A DNA stretch of 64,000 nt, taken from positions 64,001 through 128,000 of IMG/VR virus record IMGVR_UViG_3300035137_000026. One strand, given 5' to 3'. This stretch comes from a virus. Under the pieces are notes generated by a model. The model did not search any database. It saw only the letters and a program-made list of their open reading frames with translations, and was not told the origin of the DNA. Positions 16,794 through 25,747 of this stretch are shown here, piece after piece (the first letter of the stretch is position 1; each line of letters opens with the position of its first letter). The position numbers were made by a program, and so were the translations under genes.

Positions 16794-18596
16794 ATGGCAA
16801 CAACTCCAAATATTGTTGATGTTTATCCGGCTAACGGAGCCAAGGGAATTCCTATTGGAGACCAGGTTACGGTGACATTTGATCAGGAGATGGATGAAGA
16901 TACCATCAATACTGGCACATTTGTTCTAACTGGCCCAGATGAGGCACCGGTATTTGGACCTGTAGATGTTACCCCATTCGATGTACCAGGATTTGAGGAC
17001 GAAGATATTCTATCATCTCCTTATTTTGCTGGTTATGTCAAAGGAACTATTAGCTTTTCTTGGGTGGATGCCTCAGGAGGTGTCGTAGATGACGACCTTG
17101 AGGATACCACGGGTGCGGGTGACCTTTGGCAGACAGTGGCTATATTTACACCAGACAAACCTCTTAAACCAAATGTAGAATACAAGGTCATACTATTGGG
17201 TGATGAAGCTCCTGCGGATGATTTTGATACTGGAATCAAGACAAGAACAGTCTTTGATACAGAATTCACAGGCTCCGGTACTGGTCGGCTTACGTTCCAT
17301 GGTGGTTACACAGGCGATGAAGACCGGACTTATGTGGTAGAAATTACTTCTGGTGGCTCTACTGGAGATGCAGAATATATTTGGTGGAAGACTAGTGATC
17401 CTCTTACAACTTATGCAGGCATCACATCTACTGGCGCTAGAGAGCTAGAAGATGGTGTCTATATCCTCTGCGATGCAGATGGCACCTTTACAACGGGAGA
17501 TCAATTTCAAGCTGTTGTGGTGCCTGCGCTTACTCTAGAAAACAACTACAACTGGTCATTCTTTACTGGCAGTGGTTCTATCCTGACACCGCCTTCTACA
17601 AGTCCTACAAGTGGCATTGAGAGCGTTGCAGGTAACATCGTTGGTTCTGGTACTTATTCATCTTTCTCTGTCACTGAGATTAGTCCAGAGGATGGAGAAT
17701 ATGGTATACCAATTAGCGAAGACCCTTATGCCGGAGAAACCATCACAGTTACATTCTCTGACGATCCTAATCCAGCCACTCTTGCAGGCGATGCTATTAG
17801 CGTTAAGAGTATACCAGCCAATGGTGATTGGGATACATTTGATGCGACTGGAGACTTAGAGTTTGTGGCAAGTCTTGTTGATAATGTTCTCACAATTGAT
17901 CTTGATCCTGGCCAACTACTTGAAAATAATATAGTTATCTTGGAGCTAGATAAATCAATTGCTGATGCAGATGGTGTCACCTTAGGCACAGATTTGGAAT
18001 TCTACTTTGGAACGACATATACACCTCTATATTCGAGCGAGAGACGTATTCGTTTGGATATTGGGCCACTTATTACTGATGTGCCTGAAGAGACAATAAT
18101 GCTAGCCATTCTCGAGGCTAGTCTCCAGGCAGAGGCCAATACCCTCAGCACAGTAATTCATAATTACACTTATTTTAAACAGGCTAGGTGGCAGTATACT
18201 ACTTGCCTGGCAGAAATGACCCTCGTGAAAGCACTTCTGGGCGATACTAGTCTCAGCGATGGCATGTCCAAGAGGCTCGGAGAGCTGAGTGTTACACGTA
18301 CAGGTGGAACCGATTATTTACTTAATCTGCTGGCTAAATTAGAAGACTGTGCTTTCGGGTGGGAAACGTCTATACAGACAGGTGGAGATGTTACTCGAGG
18401 TACTAGCTTAAGGCCTCGGGTTAGCGTGAAGGGTGCTTTAGCAGAGGATGCTATTGTTGTACATCGTCAGTGGGAGCCGACATCATCTCTCGGTCCTACA
18501 GACCGTATGGCGGCAGCCAATGCGAATGTCTATTCCTCTGGGCGAAGAGACCTAAAGACCTTCAGACGTAGGAATGGCAATACAAATGGCTGGTAA
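16794..18596 (+). CDS. Ig-like (Big_5/SbsA-type) domain structural protein, possibly with a C-terminal head-tail adaptor domain
   Basis: Two Big_5-like starts: VDVYPANGAKGIPIGDQVTVTFDQEMDEDTI and VTEISPEDGEYGIP...ITVTFSDDPNPATL. Helical C-terminal domain; neck-region position. Confidence 0.7.
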   Translation: MATTPNIVDVYPANGAKGIPIGDQVTVTFDQEMDEDTINTGTFVLTGPDEAPVFGPVDVTPFDVPGFEDEDILSSPYFAGYVKGTISFSWVDASGGVVDDDLEDTTGAGDLWQTVAIFTPDKPLKPNVEYKVILLGDEAPADDFDTGIKTRTVFDTEFTGSGTGRLTFHGGYTGDEDRTYVVEITSGGSTGDAEYIWWKTSDPLTTYAGITSTGARELEDGVYILCDADGTFTTGDQFQAVVVPALTLENNYNWSFFTGSGSILTPPSTSPTSGIESVAGNIVGSGTYSSFSVTEISPEDGEYGIPISEDPYAGETITVTFSDDPNPATLAGDAISVKSIPANGDWDTFDATGDLEFVASLVDNVLTIDLDPGQLLENNIVILELDKSIADADGVTLGTDLEFYFGTTYTPLYSSERRIRLDIGPLITDVPEETIMLAILEASLQAEANTLSTVIHNYTYFKQARWQYTTCLAEMTLVKALLGDTSLSDGMSKRLGELSVTRTGGTDYLLNLLAKLEDCAFGWETSIQTGGDVTRGTSLRPRVSVKGALAEDAIVVHRQWEPTSSLGPTDRMAAANANVYSSGRRDLKTFRRRNGNTNGW

Positions 18597-19149
18597 TATC
18601 AGAAATCCCTATCGTAGCGGTGGTAGCAGTATAGAGATCGATCTTCGTGAGGAGATGGAACAGTTACTTTACGGCTCTGCTGGCGAGATAGCCAAAGGCA
18701 AGAAGGGATTGCTAAGGAAGATGCGTCGGGACTCCGAGGGCGAGCTAATTAGGTGTCCTTGCAGGAATAAAGTGACCGACGAACCTGACCGTGACTCCTT
18801 TTGCAGATACTGTCATGGTCATGGATATTTTTGGGATGAGTACGAAATAGTGTATTATAAGAATGATGACTCGTTTCGAACGATCGAGGGAAAAGTTCAA
18901 GAATATAAAGGCGATATGTTCTTCTTTCAGTACTTTGAAGATCTATCACCGTCTGACTTTATTATTGAACTAGCGCTTGACAATGATGGAGCGCCCGAGC
19001 AGCCAGTACAGAGATTGAAAGTATATGATATTATAAGTGCTGACCAGTTTAGGGCCGATTACGGCCGGGTGGAATTTTGGCAGGTTAGAGCTAAATTCCA
19101 GCGTAAATGGAGCGTGTGGTATGGTGTCAAAAATAGACAATATAACTAA
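18574..19149 (+). CDS. Putative neck/head-closure protein with Cys cluster
   Basis: RCPC...CRYCHGHGY motif; lies between the head genes and the sheath. The start may be 18586. Confidence 0.55.
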   Translation: MAIQMAGNIRNPYRSGGSSIEIDLREEMEQLLYGSAGEIAKGKKGLLRKMRRDSEGELIRCPCRNKVTDEPDRDSFCRYCHGHGYFWDEYEIVYYKNDDSFRTIEGKVQEYKGDMFFFQYFEDLSPSDFIIELALDNDGAPEQPVQRLKVYDIISADQFRADYGRVEFWQVRAKFQRKWSVWYGVKNRQYN

Positions 19150-19828
19150 GCTACCTGAACTAGGTAGCAATAGTCGTTTGTCTGAGGCTGAAGTTACTCA
19201 GCAGATTGACAAGTATTTTCGAGATATTAGTGCAGTCAAACATCAGCAGCCAGCGCTCAATACTATTGTCGAATTTTTCGGCTTGGTACAGAAGGCTATT
19301 CGTTCTAGGGAAGTCTCAGAGAAGGTTCCCGAGGACAAGAGGCTTCTAGTTTTGGCAAATGACCCGCCAGAAGAGATTGATAGTGAGGCTATCACATTCT
19401 ATCTTCAGAGCAGAACGCCAGGACAGTTTAATAGGGGTTCACAAGGTAACATGAGAGTAAAAGAGGTTGTGCCCCACGTTAGAAGTATACAACAGCATCC
19501 AGAACATCTAGGTGAAAAGCTAGTGACTATGGGGCGGTTTTTCGATAACTATGTGGCATTCAATGTGTATGCCCGTGATGATTATGCAGCACTTAATAGA
19601 GTGTTGTGGCTTGAAAATGTAATGGACAGTTTCCGCTGGTACTTTGGCGTGCATGGAATAAGAAGAGTAATTGAAGAGGGTGTGGGAGACAAGGAGCGAC
19701 TCAAGATCGGCGAACTTACGTTAACTAAATATCCAATGTCCTACTTTGTTAGGACTGAAGATACATATCAGTTTGGCTCTCAGGAACTCAAGAATGTTGA
19801 GCTTAACACCTATGTATCGAGTAACTAG
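19121..19828 (+). CDS. Putative tail completion/terminator protein
   Basis: Track ORF is 19037; the likely start is ATG 19121 with GGAG upstream. Immediately precedes the sheath. The call rests on synteny. Confidence 0.5.
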   Translation: MVSKIDNITKLPELGSNSRLSEAEVTQQIDKYFRDISAVKHQQPALNTIVEFFGLVQKAIRSREVSEKVPEDKRLLVLANDPPEEIDSEAITFYLQSRTPGQFNRGSQGNMRVKEVVPHVRSIQQHPEHLGEKLVTMGRFFDNYVAFNVYARDDYAALNRVLWLENVMDSFRWYFGVHGIRRVIEEGVGDKERLKIGELTLTKYPMSYFVRTEDTYQFGSQELKNVELNTYVSSN

Positions 19829-19840
19829 AGGAGGGTAATC

Positions 19841-21751
19841 ATGCCTGACACAAATGTTCAGTATGAGAATCTTGCTGGAGTCATTGTTTGGAAACAGGAC
19901 GGTAACCTAGTAGCCGAAGCACCGACGAGAGGCCCTGTGACACTTATTGTGGGTACGGCAGGCCGAGGTGTTGGAAGCACAGCTTACACCGTAGCCGATA
20001 CAGCAATAGCTAAGAATGAGTTTGGAACCGAAGGTACTCTGCTTCGTGGAATGTGGGAAGCTCGTAAGATGGGTGCCGACGATATGATGCTATATCGTAT
20101 TGGGGCAACCTCTGCTTCTGTCACAGGAATCGGTGACTCTTCTGGTAGTGGCGGTTATACGGTTGCTACAGTAGAGCAAGATGCAGATGCAGGTGGAAAC
20201 TATGCTCTGTATTACGACGACTCAGAAGATCGCCTTGTTGTTAAGCGGAATTCTGATGACCTGGTTGTTTATGACAATGATGAGACAACTCCAATCGATC
20301 TGTTTGAAGTTGTTGTAAGCGGATATCGAGCAAGTGTTGGTGGACCCGATATCGGTTCGCCCAGTGCTTATGTAAATCTAGAAGATATTGATTCAAGTTC
20401 ATATGCCGGCACTAGCTTTACTGCTGGTGACGATGGCCTTGGTCTTTCTCGTATGGAAATGTATGAGAAGCTCTATGTTGCATATGAAGACTTGAAACTA
20501 TCTAACTTTGACGTGATCGTTCCTATGGACGTGTATCTTGATGACTATAATGTTGTTAATCAGGGTCATTACTTGGGATCAGTTACTCCCGAGACTCTAA
20601 CTCTAAACACCTATCCGACACAGGGTCGTTTCCGCCCGGGCCAGGATGTAGACTCTCTCGGTAAAATATATGTAGAGGAGTATGAGGGGAACTATTACTT
20701 CTGGTGGTGGTTCAACGATGGTTCTGGCGTGTTTACAGCTGCGGACATTTATCCAGTAGATGCTCCAGGGTCTGGTTCTTCCACGACTAAGATCGACGGT
20801 ACTGCTCTCACGAAAGATGACTTCCACGAGGTAAACTTTGCTTACCAACTTGGTCGTTTTCTCTATGAGTACAGCACTAATATCGTAGATGCAACGGGTG
20901 TTATTGGTGTCCTACCACCAGTGTCTAATAGCCTTACAGATAAGGCTCGCTGGGTCGGTACATCTCCAACACTTACATTGGATACAACAAGTGGCCTTTA
21001 TTACATTGCAGCTGCAAGCGATAATGGTACGGGTCTTCTTGGTAACAAGTTCATGGGTGGTCGTTACGATCACAGATCTGGTATTGCCGGCGGTGGATTC
21101 ATTGCTACGGATACCAAGTTCATGGATGGTACGGAGATCGAAGATGACAACGAGATCGCAGTAGACCTGGGGAAATACATCAACATTACCCCAGACTATC
21201 CGCTGCTACGTAATAACTACAGCGCAACTACATATCCAGCCGCATTTGCAGCTTCATATGGTGGCTTCTACATTAACCGTGAGCCAAATAGCGCTCCAAC
21301 GAATAAGACAGTCAATAGCGCTGCTATCCTGTTCAAGTTTGGCCTCCAGACGCTAGATGATCTAGCTGGTGCTGGTTATACAGTGCTACGCCAGAAGACT
21401 ACAGGTCTGGTAATTGCCGATGCTCCAACAGCTGCTCTGGCAACTAGTGACTGGACACGCCTGTCGACGGTTCGTATCGTGAAGGCAATTATCGATGGAT
21501 GCCGTGATGCTGTAGATCGATTCCTCGGTGAAGGAATGTCCGATGCCACAAGAGCTAATATGAAGCAGTCCATTGAGAACGTTCTCATGGCAGCTAAGAA
21601 AGCTCACTACCTACAGGACTACAAGCCGTTTGAGATCATTCAGACGCCCGACATGGAGGTAGCCGGCCAGGCAACAGTCAATCTAACACTGATCCCAGCA
21701 TTCGAGCTGAGACAGGTAACATTCTCGATTTCGCTTTCGAAATCGGCGTAA
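19841..21751 (+). CDS. Contractile tail sheath protein
   Basis: 636 aa with SD GAGGAGG. N-terminal LIVGTAGRG; C-terminal WTRLSTVRIVKAI..., VNLTLIPAFELRQVTFSISL, typical of sheath proteins. Confidence 0.9.
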   Translation: MPDTNVQYENLAGVIVWKQDGNLVAEAPTRGPVTLIVGTAGRGVGSTAYTVADTAIAKNEFGTEGTLLRGMWEARKMGADDMMLYRIGATSASVTGIGDSSGSGGYTVATVEQDADAGGNYALYYDDSEDRLVVKRNSDDLVVYDNDETTPIDLFEVVVSGYRASVGGPDIGSPSAYVNLEDIDSSSYAGTSFTAGDDGLGLSRMEMYEKLYVAYEDLKLSNFDVIVPMDVYLDDYNVVNQGHYLGSVTPETLTLNTYPTQGRFRPGQDVDSLGKIYVEEYEGNYYFWWWFNDGSGVFTAADIYPVDAPGSGSSTTKIDGTALTKDDFHEVNFAYQLGRFLYEYSTNIVDATGVIGVLPPVSNSLTDKARWVGTSPTLTLDTTSGLYYIAAASDNGTGLLGNKFMGGRYDHRSGIAGGGFIATDTKFMDGTEIEDDNEIAVDLGKYINITPDYPLLRNNYSATTYPAAFAASYGGFYINREPNSAPTNKTVNSAAILFKFGLQTLDDLAGAGYTVLRQKTTGLVIADAPTAALATSDWTRLSTVRIVKAIIDGCRDAVDRFLGEGMSDATRANMKQSIENVLMAAKKAHYLQDYKPFEIIQTPDMEVAGQATVNLTLIPAFELRQVTFSISLSKSA

Positions 21752-21772
21752 TTAAGGAGGTCGGAAAAGACT

Positions 21773-22450
21773 ATGGCACAGCAGTCTGAATTCACCAAAG
21801 GATATAATAGTTTTTCTGGTATAGACATCAAGGCGACCTTCGGCACAAAGGTCATTGGTAGTCTACAGGGAATCTCTTATTCTATCTCCAGAGAGAAAGC
21901 ACCTATCTACACGATGGGTAGCGCAGATCCACGATCCTTTGCTCGAGGTAAACGTGGTATCGCTGGATCGCTTGTATTCGTCCAGTTTGACGCTGATCCG
22001 CTTATGTGGGAGCTGGCAAACCCAGACGACGAGACAAGACGTCTATACTTCTTGTCTGATATCGATGATCTCAGACCGGAGTACAGCAGCGAAGGCGTTA
22101 TTGACGTCGCAACCACAGGAGTATCTGCAGCACCAGGTTCTTCCAACGCACCAGGCGTGAATATTACAGGGCAGGAAAGTAAGATTACGACAGCAGGTGG
22201 CGACCAGGCCAAAGCCATTCCATGGTATGCGGATCAGATTCCACCATTCGATATCGTTCTCGCAGCTGCAAACGAATATGGCGCACTTGCCATCATGAAG
22301 GTTCTTGGCGTTGAGCTAATGAACTCGGGTTATGGTGTATCCGTGGATGACATTGTTTCAGAGCACAGTTTTACGTATATCGCCCACGGTATGCTTCCTT
22401 GGACAAGCCAGGGTATGCATACTGATATGGAAGGCGTAAACCCACGCTAA
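21773..22450 (+). CDS. Tail tube protein
   Basis: Follows the sheath with SD AAGGAGG. Motifs FSGIDIKA, LQGISYSISREKAPIYTMGS, RGKRGIAGSLVF and DQIPPFDI...NEYG. Confidence 0.85.
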   Translation: MAQQSEFTKGYNSFSGIDIKATFGTKVIGSLQGISYSISREKAPIYTMGSADPRSFARGKRGIAGSLVFVQFDADPLMWELANPDDETRRLYFLSDIDDLRPEYSSEGVIDVATTGVSAAPGSSNAPGVNITGQESKITTAGGDQAKAIPWYADQIPPFDIVLAAANEYGALAIMKVLGVELMNSGYGVSVDDIVSEHSFTYIAHGMLPWTSQGMHTDMEGVNPR

Positions 22451-22468
22451 ACTGTAGTTTCTGAACCC

Positions 22469-22484
22469 GCTAGCACTCGCTAGC
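22469..22484. other. Small hairpin/tandem palindrome GCTAGC-ACTC-GCTAGC in the tube/tube-paralog intergenic region
   Basis: Read directly; 6-bp stem, 4-nt loop, no U-tract. Confidence 0.4.
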
Positions 22485-22506
22485 ATCTCTCCCACGAGGT
22501 CATAAC

Positions 22507-23406
22507 ATGACTCAAAATCTTGGTACCAAAGCAGGCCCTCTGATTCCTTCCGGCGGACTTATTGCCGGTGATGTTCCACAATATGCACAGGTCTCAGAGT
22601 ATGCCAAATGGTACGGCACCTATAGTGGTGCTGATATTAAGGTAGTAGTGCACTACCCATATGACCCCTCTCTCGAGAAGGCGCTCAATGTTGTTAAGGC
22701 TGAATCCGAGGCAGAATTAGCGACTGAGGAAGCTTACTTTTGGGCCAATAGAGGCTCTATGAATACTAAAACTTTTGCTGACCAGATAGCCAAACTCCAG
22801 GCTTTGCGTGCCGATATTGATAGCCTGGATCAGGAGATAGCAAACGCCAGACTGTTACCGACTTCCAAAACTCTTGGTGAAATTCAGACAATTTCTATAG
22901 GTTCTTATCGAGACAAAGCACCGGTCAGGCCCCTGGGATCAGTGTATCCTAGGGGCTATGTCCGAGGTCCTAGATCAATCTCTGGCACCATGATTTTCAC
23001 GATCTTCCACGAGCATGTATTCTCGGATTTACTTAGACTCACTAATATGAGATATTATAGTACAGGGACTAGTGATTATGACAAATACCAGTACACGACA
23101 ATGCTATCAGACCAACTACCTCCTCTAGATATTAGTCTTGTTTTTGCCAATGAATATGGAGCAATATCTCATATGGGATTGTTTGGTGTTGAGTTCTTCC
23201 AGGAAGGCATGACTTTCTCCATCGAAGACATCTACTCTGAGAACATACTACAATATGTAGCCAGGGACTTTGATCCACTCCGCATTGTTGACCAGCGAGA
23301 AGTAGACACCCAGGGTGTTACAAAGACCTGGGCAAGCACAGCATCGGATATGCTTAGAGAGAAACAAATAGTTGCTTACAGAACACGAAGGAATCCCTTT
23401 ATCTAA
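22507..23406 (+). CDS. Tube-fold paralog (tube initiator/baseplate-tube junction-like) with coiled-coil insertion
   Basis: YSGADIKV, IQTISIGSYRDKAPVRPLGS, RGPRSISGTMIF and DQLPPLDI...NEYG all parallel the tube gene. Confidence 0.75.
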   Translation: MTQNLGTKAGPLIPSGGLIAGDVPQYAQVSEYAKWYGTYSGADIKVVVHYPYDPSLEKALNVVKAESEAELATEEAYFWANRGSMNTKTFADQIAKLQALRADIDSLDQEIANARLLPTSKTLGEIQTISIGSYRDKAPVRPLGSVYPRGYVRGPRSISGTMIFTIFHEHVFSDLLRLTNMRYYSTGTSDYDKYQYTTMLSDQLPPLDISLVFANEYGAISHMGLFGVEFFQEGMTFSIEDIYSENILQYVARDFDPLRIVDQREVDTQGVTKTWASTASDMLREKQIVAYRTRRNPFI

Positions 23407-24260
23407 TGACACTACGAGATCACAGAGGGAACATTATTACTCCTCCTCTTGCTGGAGCGACACGGTACGAGTATGACTGGTTTACTGGTTCGCAGATTGG
23501 CATCATGTTTGGTGATGTCTTAGTGGATAATATAGTGGCCATTGACTTTATAGTTAACCAGAACAAGACACCTGTTTACGGATACGCAAATCAGTACTAT
23601 ACTTTTGCTGCAGATGGTAAAGTATTAGTACAAGGGCGGCTAACCGTGGCATTTAAAGAAGCAGGATATCTACTGTGGCCTATTAAACGATTTGTAAACC
23701 AGAAGGCTGCTAGTGAATGGACTACTCCACGTTATGGCAGAGATAGCGACGGTAACCTAATCAAGGGTTACGACTACAATAATAGCAATGGTACGTTTAC
23801 TACTGCAGCCAAGAGAGCTAAGGATCAACGTGTCATGCGTGGTAATATAGAGCAGGTTCTAGAATACAGTGCTAGCGGACTCGAAAATAGAGCTAGTGGT
23901 TTCTGGAAGGAACTTGCTGCCCTTCCTGATGACAGGTTTGAGGAATGGGCTGAAGTATTTGAAGATGTTATCTGGTATGGTAGCGACCCAGAGAATGCCA
24001 TGATGAGAGATCGGCTATTCTCCGGAAACCTCCCAGAGAGGTTTGAACTAAATGATGAGGAAATCCTTTCCCATCGTAGAGCGGATCAATATCCCAACCT
24101 AGATATTTGGATTGTTTACGGGGATATGAATAGACCTGCCGCAAATCACACCGTTAAGAAACTCCTTGATGTTTCATTCACCGGCCAATCCCAGGTCATT
24201 GAAGTATCAGGAGAGCCCATATATGAGCAATATAGTTTTATAGCGAGAAATCTCGTATAA
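23406..24260 (+). CDS. Divergent tube-fold paralog
   Basis: FTGSQIGI, NKTPVYGY, GKVLVQGRLTVAF and DQYPNLDIWIVYG echo the tube motifs; TAATG overlap. Confidence 0.65.
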   Translation: MTLRDHRGNIITPPLAGATRYEYDWFTGSQIGIMFGDVLVDNIVAIDFIVNQNKTPVYGYANQYYTFAADGKVLVQGRLTVAFKEAGYLLWPIKRFVNQKAASEWTTPRYGRDSDGNLIKGYDYNNSNGTFTTAAKRAKDQRVMRGNIEQVLEYSASGLENRASGFWKELAALPDDRFEEWAEVFEDVIWYGSDPENAMMRDRLFSGNLPERFELNDEEILSHRRADQYPNLDIWIVYGDMNRPAANHTVKKLLDVSFTGQSQVIEVSGEPIYEQYSFIARNLV

Positions 24261-24276
24261 CCCCAAGGAGAAAATA

Positions 24277-25023
24277 ATGGGTAAGAAACGTCCGGTAGTC
24301 CAGAGTACTGAGGAAGCACAGCGTGCTGGTGTCGCTGAACAGCTCCTTAGTGCTGGCAAGAAAAACTTTGAAAGCGTGTATGGTCCTAAAGTTGGAGGTT
24401 CATTTGACCTCGGAGACGATATGAGAGCCATGCAAGGAGTGAAAATGATGACCGAAGAACAGGTACAACAGAACCTAGGTGCTGGTGCAGAAGCTGAGAT
24501 GTCTGAGGTACCAGATGGAGTAGACTTTACTCCTGAGTCCACTGTTCCACCTGAGCTAATACAGCCAGAGCTAACAAAGGATATGCTACCACCTGATCCT
24601 TCTCCACAGGAAGAACAGCAGGAAGAAGAAGGTCTGTCAGAGGATCCAGACAAGAGAGCACAGCAAGTTGCTGAGTTTTTGGCTTCTAAGTATCCAGGCG
24701 CACCAAATACCGATACCCTCAAAGAGTGGCGTCGCATTCACGGTGGTGCCTTTATGTTGCAGATTGCAGATAGAATCTTCATCTATCGCTACCTGAAGCG
24801 ACAGGAATGGATTCAGCTCAATGCTAATCCTAAAGCAGCAGAACTGTCTGAGGATGACGTAGAGAATGAAATCTTCAATCGATGTGTGCTGTGGCCAAAA
24901 TACAACCAGATCCAGAAGGCTGGTATGCCAGCTGGTGGTATCAGTATGGTCGTGCAGCAGATTCGCTTGCAGAGCTTGTTCCTTGATCCAGCTTATGTAG
25001 CAACACTAACAGTCAAGATCTAG
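24277..25023 (+). CDS. Putative tail assembly chaperone
   Basis: SD AAGGAG; acidic Pro-rich N-terminal half; C-terminal domain IFIYRYLKRQEW...RCVLWP; position after the tube genes. Confidence 0.55.
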   Translation: MGKKRPVVQSTEEAQRAGVAEQLLSAGKKNFESVYGPKVGGSFDLGDDMRAMQGVKMMTEEQVQQNLGAGAEAEMSEVPDGVDFTPESTVPPELIQPELTKDMLPPDPSPQEEQQEEEGLSEDPDKRAQQVAEFLASKYPGAPNTDTLKEWRRIHGGAFMLQIADRIFIYRYLKRQEWIQLNANPKAAELSEDDVENEIFNRCVLWPKYNQIQKAGMPAGGISMVVQQIRLQSLFLDPAYVATLTVKI

Positions 25024-25030
25024 GCTTGTT

Positions 25031-25747
25031 ATGAGCGGACTCTATCGTGCCCTCGAGGCAATACAACGAAAGTCGGATGACGTTTTCGCCGTCGAGATAG
25101 AAGGCATTGAAGTCGTGTTTCGCCTTCCTCCTGTACAGGCTGCACAACAATATTCATTACTCTTGAATATGGCCCAAACAGAGTCCGAGAGATTGATTAT
25201 TTACGAAACGATATTCCGTGATGTGGTCGAGGATGATCTGCTGGCTTCTGAAGATGGCGACATTATGGCTGGTGTGCCGGAGACAATCTCCAAACTAGTG
25301 CTCATGATGTCTGGGCTAGATAATTCTGCCAAGGAATATACTGCACAGCTATTTGGTTTGTACCGACAACAGTCAAGCTCGGTACTCATGTGTATGAAGA
25401 GGGCTATTTGTACTGCTTTTCCCGGATATACATTTGAGTCGCTTGGCCAGCTGAATTACCAGAATTTGGTTAATGTATTCATACAAGCAGAGAAGATACT
25501 CCTCGAACGGGGTATAATAGAAAGTGAATATGACTTTATGTCGTCAGAAGAGACTAAAGAAGCACCATTTGCTGTGGAGGATCTAATCAAGCAGGATAGA
25601 GATGCATATCATGATTATGAGTTTGTCGATCAGGAAGATCCACGCAAACTAGCTAGAATGAACAAGCTACGTGAGGCTGCTAGACGGCGTGCTGAAGAAG
25701 AAGAGAGAGTATTTAAGGAAAGATATCGACGGCGACAGCAAGGCTAG
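25031..25747 (+). CDS. Putative second tail assembly chaperone
   Basis: 238 aa, lies between the chaperone-like gene and the large proteins; charged C-terminus. The call rests on synteny only. Confidence 0.45.
   Translation: MSGLYRALEAIQRKSDDVFAVEIEGIEVVFRLPPVQAAQQYSLLLNMAQTESERLIIYETIFRDVVEDDLLASEDGDIMAGVPETISKLVLMMSGLDNSAKEYTAQLFGLYRQQSSSVLMCMKRAICTAFPGYTFESLGQLNYQNLVNVFIQAEKILLERGIIESEYDFMSSEETKEAPFAVEDLIKQDRDAYHDYEFVDQEDPRKLARMNKLREAARRRAEEEERVFKERYRRRQQG

Noticed and set aside
1912-24262. Recurrent CGTATAAC near gene starts (1912, 24255) as a late-promoter motif
   Set aside because: Only two instances, one formed by a stop codon; too few to support a motif.
24277-25747. Programmed frameshift joining the two chaperone-like genes (lambda G/GT type)
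   Set aside because: No XXXYYYZ slippery heptamer was seen near the end of 24277-25023, and the second ORF has its own ATG 7 nt after the stop.
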